From an uncultured Elusimicrobia bacterium (GTDB lineage: Bacteria; Elusimicrobiota; Elusimicrobia; 2-01-FULL-59-12): 64,000 nt of DNA. Numbering within the stretch: the first letter of the stretch is position 1; every line of letters starts with the position of its first letter. The notes under the pieces are model-generated. The model was not told where the DNA came from, did no database searches, and was given only the letters and a program-made list of their open reading frames with translations. The stretch spans positions 352,001-416,000 of the forward strand of contig OY969767.1 in NCBI GenBank assembly GCA_963702895.1, given 5' to 3'. This document shows positions 30,895-41,692 of the stretch, in pieces. A program made the position numbers and the translations under genes.

Positions 30895-33800
30895 TGAGCA
30901 TTGTTGTCAACAATGACGATCGGTTTCTCTTCGTAGGATTCGGCGTTGATGTCCGGGTCGTACATCGCTTCTGCATAGGCGTTGGGAACGGTGAATCGCC
31001 CCGGCGTGACGGCACGCACAGCATACGAAAAATGCTGTTCTCCCGAGATCTGATCGCTGAAGATGAGGATTCGGTCATCGCGAATATCCTGGTAGGCCGC
31101 AGACAACCCATAGTGCGGCTCAAATTCAAGCTGACCTCGCGAGCTGAGGCGGGGGTTCTCGATCTCGAGGCCCGCCGGCAGGAGGTCCACAACCACGACA
31201 TTACGTACGGGCTCCTTTTCCGTCTTGAGCGACAAGGTCGCGATCAGCATCTCGCCTTGCACGACATTGGACAGATTAACGGGTTTGCCGCTCTTGTCGT
31301 AATAAACCCTGGAGATGGCCAGACCGTTGGAGCGACTCTTGGTGTTCTTCTGCAGAGGGGTTCCTTCAGCCATGAGGTAATAGAAGCTCTTCAGATCTCC
31401 CGTATTTTTGATGGTCAACGTTTTACCGCTCAAGGTATTGTCTGAGACGGAATTCTCCTTGCCTTCAAGAGCCTTATAGGGAGCACGATTCAAAAGCAGT
31501 TCCGTCTTGGCGGTGGAGTCAAGCGTCTTATAGACTTGGGCCATCGACATAAAGACCCAGACGTTTTCCTGAGTGCTCCCGAAATGACCGTCCTTAATTC
31601 GCTGGCCAAGGTAATCCACAATCTCAAAGACCCGACGCGAATCCGGTTCCGCCTGCACCAGCGCAGCAAGATACATGGCCGTATTTCGAATCGGTGAATT
31701 AAAACTTCCGTACTGCTCGCGATACAAGAATTTGCTCTTGAAATCCGGAACCAAAACCTGGGCAGCGGTCTGTCGGTCGCCCAGCCTGGAATAAGCCAGG
31801 GACAGGAGAGAGCGGTCGGTTTCTGAAAGCTGTGCGAGTCGTTGTGTACGCATCACAGTCATCGATTCATGATCCGGCTCGCCAATGAGCGCTTTCAAAT
31901 ACAGCAAATAGGCATCCATCGCCGTGCTGGCATGGTGCGCGCTCCGATCAAGACGTCCAACATTCTGATGGACGACGCTCCCTTGCCGGATAAGGGCGTA
32001 AAGCCGATTGAGCACGGTAGGATTGACCGCATAGCCCATCGCCTTGGCCTCGATCAAGCAGTGGGCTACGTATTTCGTAAGCCACGAGTCCGCAGTCTGA
32101 CCACCGGGCCACATCGTAAATTCACCTGTGCCCAGCTGCATCTTTTCAAGCTTCCGAATGCCTTCTTGCACATAGAGATCGACGGCATTGGCCCTGTCTC
32201 CGAACCGCCCGGTCGCAAATCCGAGGTTTTTGAAATACAGCATGGGGAATATCCCGGAAGCCGTCTGTTCGGCGCATCCATAAGGATAGCGGATCAAGTA
32301 ATCAAGGCTTCTCAGGTAACGGATGATGGGATTGTTGGAGGTCGTCAGTCGGATGATCTGGCCGAAGGGAATAAACCCTCCGGGCACGCGAACTTCTTTG
32401 GACTGGCCTGGATTCAATTCCCCTTCTTGGACAAGGGTTTGAAGGGTATTGTAAGGGCGGACACTGATTTCCTCATCGTGGACTGAACGGGCGCCATTTC
32501 CCTCTGCAAGGACTTGGAATTGGGCAACACCCGCATTTTGTGCCGCCTCGGCAAAGAACATCATCCTTTTCTGATCTTCCTTGGCCAAGGTTGCGCTTTG
32601 GGTGGGAGCTCCAGTCAGCTTGACAGGTCCTTTTGCAGAGCTACGGACAGAAAATGTTCCAGGTTTACCCGTCTTGTTATAGAGCTCGATAGGGATTTGG
32701 AACTGATCGCCCGGTCCGGCGAAGCGGGGATAATTGGGAATAAGAACGATCGGGTCAGCCACCTGGACGGCGCGGTCCGTTGAGCCGAACCGGTCCCCTT
32801 GGATCGCCATGGCCATCACGCGCACCTCGCCGTTAAAGCCTTTGGTATCGAAGTGGTAGCGGACGCGCCCGTTTTCATCCGGTTTGACGATTCCCGAAAA
32901 GAGTGCCAAAGATTTCTTCTTTTTGGCCGCGATCGGGTTTAAGTGGCGGCGCGAGAAGGCGCCCGCGTCACCGCCCAGCGCAAATTTCTTGGCGGCAACG
33001 TCCGGCAGGACCAAGTCAAAAATGGAATAAGTCTGCGTGGTCAATCCGCGCTTCCGATAGAAGTAACCCAAAGGATCCGGGGTTGAAAAGTTCGTGATCT
33101 GCAAAATACCTTGATCAACAGCCGCAAGGATGACGTCCGGCCGTTCCGCCCCAGAAACCTGAAGGCTGACGTCCAGTCCGTCCGCGGATTGAACAGACGA
33201 TGGAAGGTCCCAGGTCATGACCACACGCTTGGAGGTCGTTTTGACCGGAAGCGGCGCAATCCCGAAAGAAACCATCGGCAAGGTTTTCCGGCTCTCATCA
33301 GGGGTCCGGGCGACAAGCCCCACCACGTAGGCATTCGGCAGGAATTCTCTTTCAATAGGAATGGAGACCACGGTCTCGCGGCTCGACAGCTCAATGGTCC
33401 GGGTTTGATAGACCTTTTCGCGCTCGACCGTCAAGATCAGTTTGCCCGTAAACGGCGCTTGGATGAAGACCTTTGCTTCCTCGCCGATGTCGTAGGCATC
33501 CTTGTCCAGGCGGATCTTCAGTTTCTCAGGCGCTTCAAGGCTGGTTGTCTCATAGCCCAGCCCCAGAACTTCGAAGCTGATGGATGATCTCATCCCGTTG
33601 GGTCCAGCCAAAATGATGGTGTACTCCCCGGGCTGTTCGGGCGTAAAGTTGAACGTCCCCTGCTTCTGGACCCGAATTTCCTTGTTGTCGATCAATTCCT
33701 CATAAGAAGAGGATTGGTACCCGGATCTTCCCCAAGATCCCTTGCGGAAAATGGAGTACCAAGCCTTTCGCTTGATAACGAGCTTCACGTTATCCACTGA

Positions 33801-36800
33801 CTGGGAGCGGCCTGAGGAATCGATGCTGACATAGTTCAGATCGACTTTTTGACGAGCGTGTATCGTTCCTGTGTTGCCAAGCTTAAGCCCGAGATAGTAG
33901 GCGTACGAATGAACGTCCACAAACCCCGCGGCGCTGACCGCCCGCCCGCCTGAATCGAAAACTTCCGTATAGATATAAGCCTTGAGCGCCGATGGCGGAT
34001 TGTCATGGGGGACCTCGACGGCGTATTCTTTTATGCCCTTCGCATCGAGAGTGCTTTCCCCCAGTTCCGTCGTTTCTTCCTCCCAGACCATTTGAGTGTC
34101 TGCAAAGGTGTATCCCTTGTAGTTCGGATGAGAAAATTCCCTGCCAATGAATCGCACGGATGACGCGACCTTGTTCCCGGATGCCGGCGGGCCGAACATC
34201 TGCCGGGATTTCACCTTGAAGGTCAATTGCTCTTTCGATTTGACGGCTTCCTTGGGAACCTCGACTTCGACCTTTAATTTGTCCGGGATGAATTCCTCCA
34301 CCTTGAGAGACGTCGAGCCGATGCTTTGCTCTTTGTCGACCCGGAATATCTGAATATCGTATTGGCCGGTCAGCGCATCGCCGCCGAAAGGGATCTTGTA
34401 AGTGAGCACACCGTTTGTCCCCAGGGTTTCCTCGAGCCGTTGAACTTCCGAGCCGCGAGGATCTCTCACGACGAGTCGGACGGGAACAGGCGGCGGCAGG
34501 GAGTTGTCCGCATTACGCACGACAGCGGTCACGTACGCGGTCTCTCCGGGCCGATAGACGCCCCGCTCCGTCGCCAAGAAAGCATCCATGCCTTCTTGGC
34601 CGTATGGATCTCCTCCGACGCCGAATTGATATTGGTTCAGGGCGTTCCGTTCAAAGATGAGGAACGAGAAATCGTCGTCCTTCTTAGCCACCACGAACTG
34701 GGGCGTAAACTTGTATTCATTCTTTTTCCAGTTGACGAAGGTCACCCGTCCCGATCCGTCGACGATTTGCTTGTCCATCACCTGGTTCGTATGGCTATAC
34801 AGTTCAACGGTGGCCCCTGTTTGAGGCGATAGGTCGGCGATGGAAAGGACGGTCACGATGAGATCGTCGCCCGAGTGTTTCGCAATGAGACCCAAATCCG
34901 TGCAGAGGAACCATGCGCTGTCGCGCTCATAGTAGCTGCGCGGGCTTCTCAGATTGATGGTGAACAGGCCCTTGTAGGGTTCGTCATGGAATTTGGCGAG
35001 GTTCATGTATTGCGTCAATTCCTCGTTGATTTGACCACCCTCAACGGCATATTCGCCGCTGTAGATATGCTTGGTCATCGGGGCGTAGCCGGGGTTGTTC
35101 AAAAACTGAATGAGGTTATTGCGGAAGACTTTCTGAATGTCGACCCCGACCTTGTCCAGGTTGACAGTTTTCACTTGCAAGGTCTTCGGGCCGGAGAGAG
35201 AAAGGATGTTCCCGCGGTAGGCGAATTCCACTTTGGGGGGCAGGTCCTGAATGTAGACCGACCCCTCATAGTCGTTCTCCAGCATCTCTCCTGACTTGGA
35301 AACGAGACCCTTGGCGATTTTCAGGCGGTAGGAAACGTTCGGCTTGAAAGGTCCGCGCAGGACGGCATAGCAGTATTCCGTCTCAACTTCCATCGGAACG
35401 CCAGGGTTGATGGAAAGCCGACTGCGCACCTGGGCTTCCGAGACAGGCATATTGAATAGGATTGTCACGAGCGTATTGCCGGGCTCATGCCACAGTTTCA
35501 GTTCAGCGACCTCGAGCTTCACCTTTGACGGCAGGACAAGGGTCTTGGAATATTCCTCTCGGAGTCCGACATTTCCTCCTATACAACGCATCCCCTTGGT
35601 AAGCTGGAGGGTGATGACCTGTTCCTCTTTTCCCCTTTGGACGGAGCCTGTCTTGAAATAGAACTTGGTCGGCAAGTGGGACTTCTCCAACTCCACCGTA
35701 ATAGGCTGGTCTTTGCCCTTCAAGACCCGAATGCTTTTCCGGAGTTCATCAATGGATACACGGAAATTGAAATTGATCTCTCCCATGAGCTGCCTCTCCT
35801 CGTTCGTCACAAGGTCGTAGGCGTAGAACAGCTTCGAATCGAGAACAGCAAAATATTCCGTATTAAATTCAGTGACAGCCCGCCTTTGAATGCGCTTCGG
35901 TTTGGCGAGAAGGTTTTTGGGATCAAAGATCACTTGATAGCGCGTCGAAGGGCTGAGCGGTTCGCTCGGAACGAAAACGATGGTTTTGGGGGCCTCTTGA
36001 CGGTAGACGCCTGAGAGCGGCGGGTCGATCTTGAAGCAATCCACCTTGGCGATATTTCCGTCGGTCGCCTGGACGGCATCGGAAAAGGTGATCCGAATCA
36101 CCGTCTTGTCGGGCACTTGGCCGGAGGGCGTGAATTCGACAACGGTCACGAAGAAACGCTGATAAAATTTCGGACCGGCCCAGACGCCGATGGATATCAG
36201 CGCGATGGCGTATGCCGTCCATCGAAAATATCTCTGATATTGTGTGGCGGTCGCCGCGGCGACCGAGCTTCGCTGCTTCAGCCGTCCGGGAACGGCAAGA
36301 AGCCAATCCTTGATCCGCGACAGAACCGCAGCCGGAATTAAAGGCTGGACCTCTTGGGCGGCCTCGGGCATGGGTATTCTTTCAATTGGCTCCATCCACT
36401 TGGAAAACCATGCGGCGAGGCGGGAATTTTTGATGGGCTGCAGGGCGCGCTGGAGGTATACCAACAATTCCTCAAGATAAAGATGCAGCCAGTACGCGAT
36501 ATAGAACGAGAAAAAGTAGTCCAGTAAGCCCAGGGCTCGCCCAGGCAGAAAGCGGGCAATGCCGAGAAGGATTGTCAACGCATAGACCACCAAGCCGGCC
36601 GGATAGGCGGTAGTCCTTCCAAAATATCGCCGGCGCACCCAAGAGCTCCAAAGAGGCACGAGCAGCAGCGCCACATACCAGCGGGTTTGAAAGAAGACTC
36701 GCCATGAGGAAACGACATTGGTTGTCAAGATCAATTGGAAGCCCCAAACGAGGGCCCCTACGAAGATAAAGACACTGAGGGGTCGCCGCAACAGCGCCAT

Positions 36801-37196
36801 GCGCGGATGCTGCCAGCCTTTCGCCAGCAATTCGCTGACGGGGTCCAAAAGGAGCGACAAGACGGCTGCCGTCACATGGAAGAAAAGCAGGATGAGGAGA
36901 TAGGTTGGTTGGGCGCCCGCCGGAAACCATTTGGAGCTAAAGACGAGCAAGTAAGCGGCTAGAAATGAAAGGTAGACTGTGACAAAACGCGCCGGACGCC
37001 GGAGCAGACCGTAGCGCAGCAGGGAAACCAGAATGGAGGTCCAGAAAAGTGTTAAAAGCGCATCTCGATAAAGGAAAGCGTAAACCCAGTTGGCGGCGGT
37101 TCCCCATTTCGGCAGCGCGAAGAGCGATAGGAAGCTGATGAACAGAATGCTGACTGCAGCCAGTTGGCGAATGGGATCGGAGAAGAGTTTTTTCAT
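30891..37196 (-). CDS. bacterial alpha-2-macroglobulin with multi-TM N-terminal extension
   Basis: ERGVYRPGE, LAAVDQGIL, thioester YPYGCAEQ, DLLPAGLEIEN, AEAMY. Confidence 0.93.
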   Translation of the reverse strand: MKKLFSDPIRQLAAVSILFISFLSLFALPKWGTAANWVYAFLYRDALLTLFWTSILVSLLRYGLLRRPARFVTVYLSFLAAYLLVFSSKWFPAGAQPTYLLILLFFHVTAAVLSLLLDPVSELLAKGWQHPRMALLRRPLSVFIFVGALVWGFQLILTTNVVSSWRVFFQTRWYVALLLVPLWSSWVRRRYFGRTTAYPAGLVVYALTILLGIARFLPGRALGLLDYFFSFYIAYWLHLYLEELLVYLQRALQPIKNSRLAAWFSKWMEPIERIPMPEAAQEVQPLIPAAVLSRIKDWLLAVPGRLKQRSSVAAATATQYQRYFRWTAYAIALISIGVWAGPKFYQRFFVTVVEFTPSGQVPDKTVIRITFSDAVQATDGNIAKVDCFKIDPPLSGVYRQEAPKTIVFVPSEPLSPSTRYQVIFDPKNLLAKPKRIQRRAVTEFNTEYFAVLDSKLFYAYDLVTNEERQLMGEINFNFRVSIDELRKSIRVLKGKDQPITVELEKSHLPTKFYFKTGSVQRGKEEQVITLQLTKGMRCIGGNVGLREEYSKTLVLPSKVKLEVAELKLWHEPGNTLVTILFNMPVSEAQVRSRLSINPGVPMEVETEYCYAVLRGPFKPNVSYRLKIAKGLVSKSGEMLENDYEGSVYIQDLPPKVEFAYRGNILSLSGPKTLQVKTVNLDKVGVDIQKVFRNNLIQFLNNPGYAPMTKHIYSGEYAVEGGQINEELTQYMNLAKFHDEPYKGLFTINLRSPRSYYERDSAWFLCTDLGLIAKHSGDDLIVTVLSIADLSPQTGATVELYSHTNQVMDKQIVDGSGRVTFVNWKKNEYKFTPQFVVAKKDDDFSFLIFERNALNQYQFGVGGDPYGQEGMDAFLATERGVYRPGETAYVTAVVRNADNSLPPPVPVRLVVRDPRGSEVQRLEETLGTNGVLTYKIPFGGDALTGQYDIQIFRVDKEQSIGSTSLKVEEFIPDKLKVEVEVPKEAVKSKEQLTFKVKSRQMFGPPASGNKVASSVRFIGREFSHPNYKGYTFADTQMVWEEETTELGESTLDAKGIKEYAVEVPHDNPPSALKAYIYTEVFDSGGRAVSAAGFVDVHSYAYYLGLKLGNTGTIHARQKVDLNYVSIDSSGRSQSVDNVKLVIKRKAWYSIFRKGSWGRSGYQSSSYEELIDNKEIRVQKQGTFNFTPEQPGEYTIILAGPNGMRSSISFEVLGLGYETTSLEAPEKLKIRLDKDAYDIGEEAKVFIQAPFTGKLILTVEREKVYQTRTIELSSRETVVSIPIEREFLPNAYVVGLVARTPDESRKTLPMVSFGIAPLPVKTTSKRVVMTWDLPSSVQSADGLDVSLQVSGAERPDVILAAVDQGILQITNFSTPDPLGYFYRKRGLTTQTYSIFDLVLPDVAAKKFALGGDAGAFSRRHLNPIAAKKKKSLALFSGIVKPDENGRVRYHFDTKGFNGEVRVMAMAIQGDRFGSTDRAVQVADPIVLIPNYPRFAGPGDQFQIPIELYNKTGKPGTFSVRSSAKGPVKLTGAPTQSATLAKEDQKRMMFFAEAAQNAGVAQFQVLAEGNGARSVHDEEISVRPYNTLQTLVQEGELNPGQSKEVRVPGGFIPFGQIIRLTTSNNPIIRYLRSLDYLIRYPYGCAEQTASGIFPMLYFKNLGFATGRFGDRANAVDLYVQEGIRKLEKMQLGTGEFTMWPGGQTADSWLTKYVAHCLIEAKAMGYAVNPTVLNRLYALIRQGSVVHQNVGRLDRSAHHASTAMDAYLLYLKALIGEPDHESMTVMRTQRLAQLSETDRSLLSLAYSRLGDRQTAAQVLVPDFKSKFLYREQYGSFNSPIRNTAMYLAALVQAEPDSRRVFEIVDYLGQRIKDGHFGSTQENVWVFMSMAQVYKTLDSTAKTELLLNRAPYKALEGKENSVSDNTLSGKTLTIKNTGDLKSFYYLMAEGTPLQKNTKSRSNGLAISRVYYDKSGKPVNLSNVVQGEMLIATLSLKTEKEPVRNVVVVDLLPAGLEIENPRLSSRGQLEFEPHYGLSAAYQDIRDDRILIFSDQISGEQHFSYAVRAVTPGRFTVPNAYAEAMYDPDINAESYEEKPIVIVDNNAQ

Positions 37197-37272
37197 TGGT
37201 TTGGGCCTTTCGAATCCTCAGAGCTCGCGCACTTCTGTCAATCGCCGCACTTGAGAGCTGGAGGAAGAATAT

Positions 37273-37692
37273 TTACTGTGATATTTCCGTGCCAGCAGCC
37301 CCCTTGATTGTGAATTCGACAGAGGACAAAACCGAGCCCACCGCATCCGTGATATCCACTTTCCACCGGCCCGGCCAGACATTTTTGCTGCTCCAGGTCC
37401 GCATCGAGGCGTAGTTGATATCCAGAGGCACTTCGGCTTCTTTTTTATCGTCCGCATACCATATATGTTTGATCTTGGCAGGCGGATTGGCTGCGGCGAT
37501 TTTGGTCCAGCAATAGACCCGTGTAATAGACGCATCAAAGTCGCTGGCAGTTCCCGTCAGTTCCTTGTTCTCGACGGCTGTGCCAACGGAAATCTGATCG
37601 ATTTGGAGATCCTTCGAGGTGACAGCCTCTTCGGCTCTTGTCACAGCAGGGGCTAGCGAAAGTAACATCAAGGATGCGATCAGTCTTTTCAT
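37273..37692 (-). CDS. DUF2914-domain exported protein
   Basis: VYCWTKI, IKHIWY, RTWSSK, GRWKVDI. Confidence 0.85.
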   Translation of the reverse strand: MKRLIASLMLLSLAPAVTRAEEAVTSKDLQIDQISVGTAVENKELTGTASDFDASITRVYCWTKIAAANPPAKIKHIWYADDKKEAEVPLDINYASMRTWSSKNVWPGRWKVDITDAVGSVLSSVEFTIKGAAGTEISQ

Positions 37693-37827
37693 TCTTGCTC
37701 CTATGACCTCGTCAAAAATAAAGACACTGGCGCCGGTCTATATGAAATTGCTTATAAATTCAAGTGTTTTTTGAAGAGTCAGCTGCATTTGCATCGCCCG
37801 TGTCTCCTCACAGAAATTCCATTTCAT

Positions 37828-38349
37828 TTAACTGGTGTGCGTCGCCAACCGTGCGGGATCGGCGCCGAAAACGGCTCTCATCCCCAGGTATGTCTTGCTC
37901 GCTGGATGCATCCACACGTTTGTCCCGTGTTCATCTTGAAAAGTGATCGTATAGTTCCCGGAATCTCTGTGAGCCGTCGACAAGACAATCGCGACGTGGT
38001 TGATCCGACCCTTCGTGTTTCTGAAAAACACCAAATTCCCTGGTTTCACAAGTTCAAGTGGGATCACTGCCTCTTTTGCCGATGCGTGACGGGCCCAGTG
38101 CCAGGCGGAGCCAAAGGTTATGTAATGTTTTCCGGTTAACAGCAGCAACCCATATCGGGCGAATGCGGCACAATAATTCTTGCGCCCGTTGAAGGGATTG
38201 TTGGTTAAAACGCGGTCAGCTGAAATCTGAAGGAAATCGGTGGAAGTAGTGGAATCGGGGCTTACTCTTGGACTCTCTGCATTGGAGAGTATCGATGCGC
38301 CGAGGGTAAGAAGAAGAAAAAGGGCTGCAAAATTCTTAGACAGATTCAT
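37828..38349 (-). CDS. exported Cys-His amidohydrolase-like (CHAP/NlpC-like) protein
   Basis: Signal; YCAAFA, PGNLVFF, HVAIV. Confidence 0.55.
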   Translation of the reverse strand: MNLSKNFAALFLLLTLGASILSNAESPRVSPDSTTSTDFLQISADRVLTNNPFNGRKNYCAAFARYGLLLLTGKHYITFGSAWHWARHASAKEAVIPLELVKPGNLVFFRNTKGRINHVAIVLSTAHRDSGNYTITFQDEHGTNVWMHPASKTYLGMRAVFGADPARLATHTS

Positions 38350-38590
38350 TTGAATTTGAAACTCGATGTGCTTCTTCTCACAGTTAGACAACTTGCCCCG
38401 CAAGCTGCTTAGCACCGAATTTCCACAAGCAATATTCTGGCTATTATTTCAGCCTTTTCCTAGCAATTAGTTATCGTTGGTTCAGTCTCGATGTTCGGAT
38501 TTGTGGTCGCCATTTCAGGCATCGAGGGGTTAACAGGCTGGGGGCTGGCTGGCGGCAGCTGCTTATCGAGGGTTAACGCAGCCGTTCAAC

Positions 38591-38905
38591 CGGTGCCAGT
38601 GATGCAAAATGCAAGATTGGAGAGGAAGAGTGAATAAAAAGGTGGGCTTTTCATCTAAGGGGAGAGGACCCTTATGCCCAGACCGCCACGGATCCATTTT
38701 GAAGGAGCGACGTGCAACGTTTTCAGATCTAGAAAACGGCGTGAAACGTTATCTCGAAGCCAGGCAGACTACGCTGCTTTTGAGGGCATCATGCGAGAAG
38801 CCATGAAGTGGTTAGGGGTTCAGTTATACAACTGGAACCAGATGCCGAACCATTTTCATTTCAATGTTGAAACGCCTGCATCTGCATCTTGCATCACTGA
38901 CACCG
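38591..38905 (+). mobile_element. truncated RAYT/Y1 (HUH) transposase element with terminal inverted repeats
   Basis: MPRPPRI...MPNHFH (ORF from 38674); IR CGGTGCCAGTGATGCAA / TTGCATCACTGACACCG. Confidence 0.8.
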
Positions 38906-39117
38906 TAACGGCATTGTTTCTGCGATGACGACCAGAGCCTGGCAGCTTAAAGAGATAGCTAGCAGGAGGCGCAGAGGCCCAAGAATTGAAGCGGTCCTTT
39001 GGTACGTATTTTTAGCCATTTGGCGGATAGCATTGCTCGACGATTCTGTCTAAACTGAATCTATTCTTCGAACGCGGGCGTGAGACACGCGAAACGCCCG
39101 CGCGTTCGGAGAGGCAT

Positions 39118-41205
39118 ATGAATGGCATCTCCTTTCGATCGATTTCCATTTTGCTCGTGGCCCTGCTCACGGGTGCTGAACCAGCTCGCGACCTCGCTTG
39201 CTGTTTCGAATCCTCGAGATCATTATCTCCAGCGACAGATTGTCTAACGCCATTCGAAATCCAAGCTCTCAGCCCTATTCTGGCTTCCGGCAGTCGCGCC
39301 CGGCCGGTGAACCAGGCCCGCTGTATGGTCGTTGGCCTCCTATTGGCTGGTACGGGATTTGCCTCCTGGGTTGCCGTGACCCATTCGCCGTCGGCTTTAA
39401 TGGCTGGATTCTCCACCATCCTCCATGGCCTGCTCGACAGAGTGCTGGTGCAATGGGACGCTTTCGATTCTCTACCCTGGTTGATCAAGGTCTCCATGTT
39501 GTCGGCTATACCGTTGATGGTCTTCAGAAAGCGTGACCGAGGGCAAAGTCAGTCAGATTCAAGCCGGCCAGCCTGGCTTAAGAATTGGCTCGCTCGCAAG
39601 CCAGTGAGTTACTACGAAATTCTGGGAATACCGCCAGAGGCCAGACTAGCGGACATACTCCTTAGCCGCCGTCGACTCGCTCAGAAATGGCATCCCGATT
39701 TGAACCCGGGCGATCGCTACGCCGAAGAGATACTCAAGGCTGTCCATGAAGCGTATGACACTTTGCGTGACGCCGGTAAACGGGCTGCCTACGATTTTAA
39801 GCTCCTGAGTGGCGCCGCCAAAGCGGAATCTTCAGGACGGCGCTCCTGGCAGGCTACGTCCGACTCGATACTTTCGAAAGCTAATCCAATGAATGACCTG
39901 CCGCGTTGGTTCCCCGGCGTCCCATTCGGATCCAGCGCTCTGGGAAGACGCACGATCATCCATATGTCCTGGGGGCCACGAGGAACACTTTATTTCGCCG
40001 GTTGGTGGCGTAGCGCACCGCGGGATAGATCGTATTTTGAAACATGGCGTTTCAATCCATTTACGGCTCCGCCGATCAAGGAACAAAACAGCGGCATGCA
40101 TTACGATTGGCAGCCAGGAATCACCATGGGTGGATATGATGGGATCGTTAAGATCTTGCATCATCCCGTTGACGAAAGAATAGCCCTTGTCGCGAGGGTC
40201 GATGGACATACCTGGCAGGACGTTCCGCGCTGGGTGGTGATCGTCTGCCGATGGCAGGATCTGATGCAAAATGGAACGGCCACGGCGGGAGGCACCCTAT
40301 TCCTGGATGACATGTTCAAGAGAAACGAGGTCTATGAGAAGCGCGAGGGCATCATCCCGCCGTTACCGGGCACCATCGCGTGTCTGCTCAGCAGGGAAAA
40401 CTCTAGCGCCCCATGGCAGGGGATGATTTGGGGCCAGGACGGTCGAAGCATTCGGCTGCACGATAGAGACGGGACCATCACGACGTGGAATCCGGAGACA
40501 GGCATTTCTGATGTCCGATGGCTCAAACTTCCCCAGGTCACCCCTCCCAACTTATCTTCGGCGCAGATTGATTATTATCCCGGAATCCTTCCAGATCCTC
40601 GCGGCGTATTTGCCGCCTACACCTACGGACGCGGGAGATGGGACTCTAAGAAGAACGAATGGAGCGACCCATTCGTCGACATCTGGCACACCGCATCCCA
40701 AAGACGGCTTGTCCGGTTGCCCTTGGCCAAAGACCATGACTTGAAATGGGACCATCAGGGGAATCTTTATTTCACACGGGGCCTGGAACTTTTTCGGTGG
40801 AATGCGGGCGACCTTCGGACTGTCAAGTCTGTTTGCAGCTTGCCCGATGTCGGATTGCCTCAGCGTATCGCAATCAGCCCTGATGGTCGGTTACTGGCCG
40901 TCGGTTCAAGTAAGCTCATGGTGATCGATCTCGCCACCGGGCAGAGAGTTAACGCACAACCGATTCAAAGCTATACCCTTGCCCATCACCTTCGCCCAGC
41001 CGACCCTACGGAAATCTACATATCAAGTCTGGACTGGTCGTCCGAAGGATCCTTTTTGGCAACGGAGGGAAGGGGCACTCTGACCCTCTGGCAAGCCGAA
41101 GCGAACAATAAGAAAGCCCTCTCTGCGCCGCAAGCAATGATTCCGAGGGGCAATCCCAGTAAGAAACCGAATAGACGACGGGTGCCCTTGGATCGCGCGG
41201 CATGA
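39118..41205 (+). CDS. membrane protein with DnaJ domain and WD40-like C-terminus
   Basis: YYEILG..KWHPDLN..EAYDTL.D; ISPDGRLLAVG, WSSEGSFLAT..TLTLW. Confidence 0.75.
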   Translation: MNGISFRSISILLVALLTGAEPARDLACCFESSRSLSPATDCLTPFEIQALSPILASGSRARPVNQARCMVVGLLLAGTGFASWVAVTHSPSALMAGFSTILHGLLDRVLVQWDAFDSLPWLIKVSMLSAIPLMVFRKRDRGQSQSDSSRPAWLKNWLARKPVSYYEILGIPPEARLADILLSRRRLAQKWHPDLNPGDRYAEEILKAVHEAYDTLRDAGKRAAYDFKLLSGAAKAESSGRRSWQATSDSILSKANPMNDLPRWFPGVPFGSSALGRRTIIHMSWGPRGTLYFAGWWRSAPRDRSYFETWRFNPFTAPPIKEQNSGMHYDWQPGITMGGYDGIVKILHHPVDERIALVARVDGHTWQDVPRWVVIVCRWQDLMQNGTATAGGTLFLDDMFKRNEVYEKREGIIPPLPGTIACLLSRENSSAPWQGMIWGQDGRSIRLHDRDGTITTWNPETGISDVRWLKLPQVTPPNLSSAQIDYYPGILPDPRGVFAAYTYGRGRWDSKKNEWSDPFVDIWHTASQRRLVRLPLAKDHDLKWDHQGNLYFTRGLELFRWNAGDLRTVKSVCSLPDVGLPQRIAISPDGRLLAVGSSKLMVIDLATGQRVNAQPIQSYTLAHHLRPADPTEIYISSLDWSSEGSFLATEGRGTLTLWQAEANNKKALSAPQAMIPRGNPSKKPNRRRVPLDRAA

Positions 41206-41244
41206 TTGAAGCAGCGTTCTGTCACAAAGGCGTCAGACACTCCC

Positions 41245-41474
41245 GAAAGGGGTCAGTCTTCTCATTACACATTTGGCGACGAGGAATGAATAAAAAGGCG
41301 ATTCCTCCATCGAATCTCATGCCACGCGCGCCGCGAATCGGCCATCCGCATGATGGTCACGCGCTACGATGAGAAAGCGCAAAACCGCGCCGAAACGAAA
41401 GAACTGCTGAAGGCCTTGCAGTTGACGAATGAATCACCCGATTCAAATGTGAAAGGAGAACGCTGACCTTTTTC
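41245..41474 (+). mobile_element. internally deleted RAYT-type miniature element, copy 1
   Basis: IR AAAGGGGTCAG..TTCTC / GAGAAC.CTGACC; ATGCCACGCGCGCCGCGAATC (MPRAPRI) at 41319; homologous to 50686-50895. Confidence 0.75.
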
Positions 41475-41692
41475 CTCTAAATCCTCTAATGACCTGCTGA
41501 CTCCTCATGGGCTTTTTCAAATCCGTCCCCCTGATCGTTGGGGGGGGACGCGAAGCCGAAGCTGCCGGAGGTGCGGAAGCAACTCGGCTCAAGAAACGTC
41601 CCAAACCCACAATGAATATGCGGTCATCGCCTCACGGGGTGTGTGGTGCATTGGCCGCGGGGGATGGGCGGCGAAATGTTACGATAACAGCC

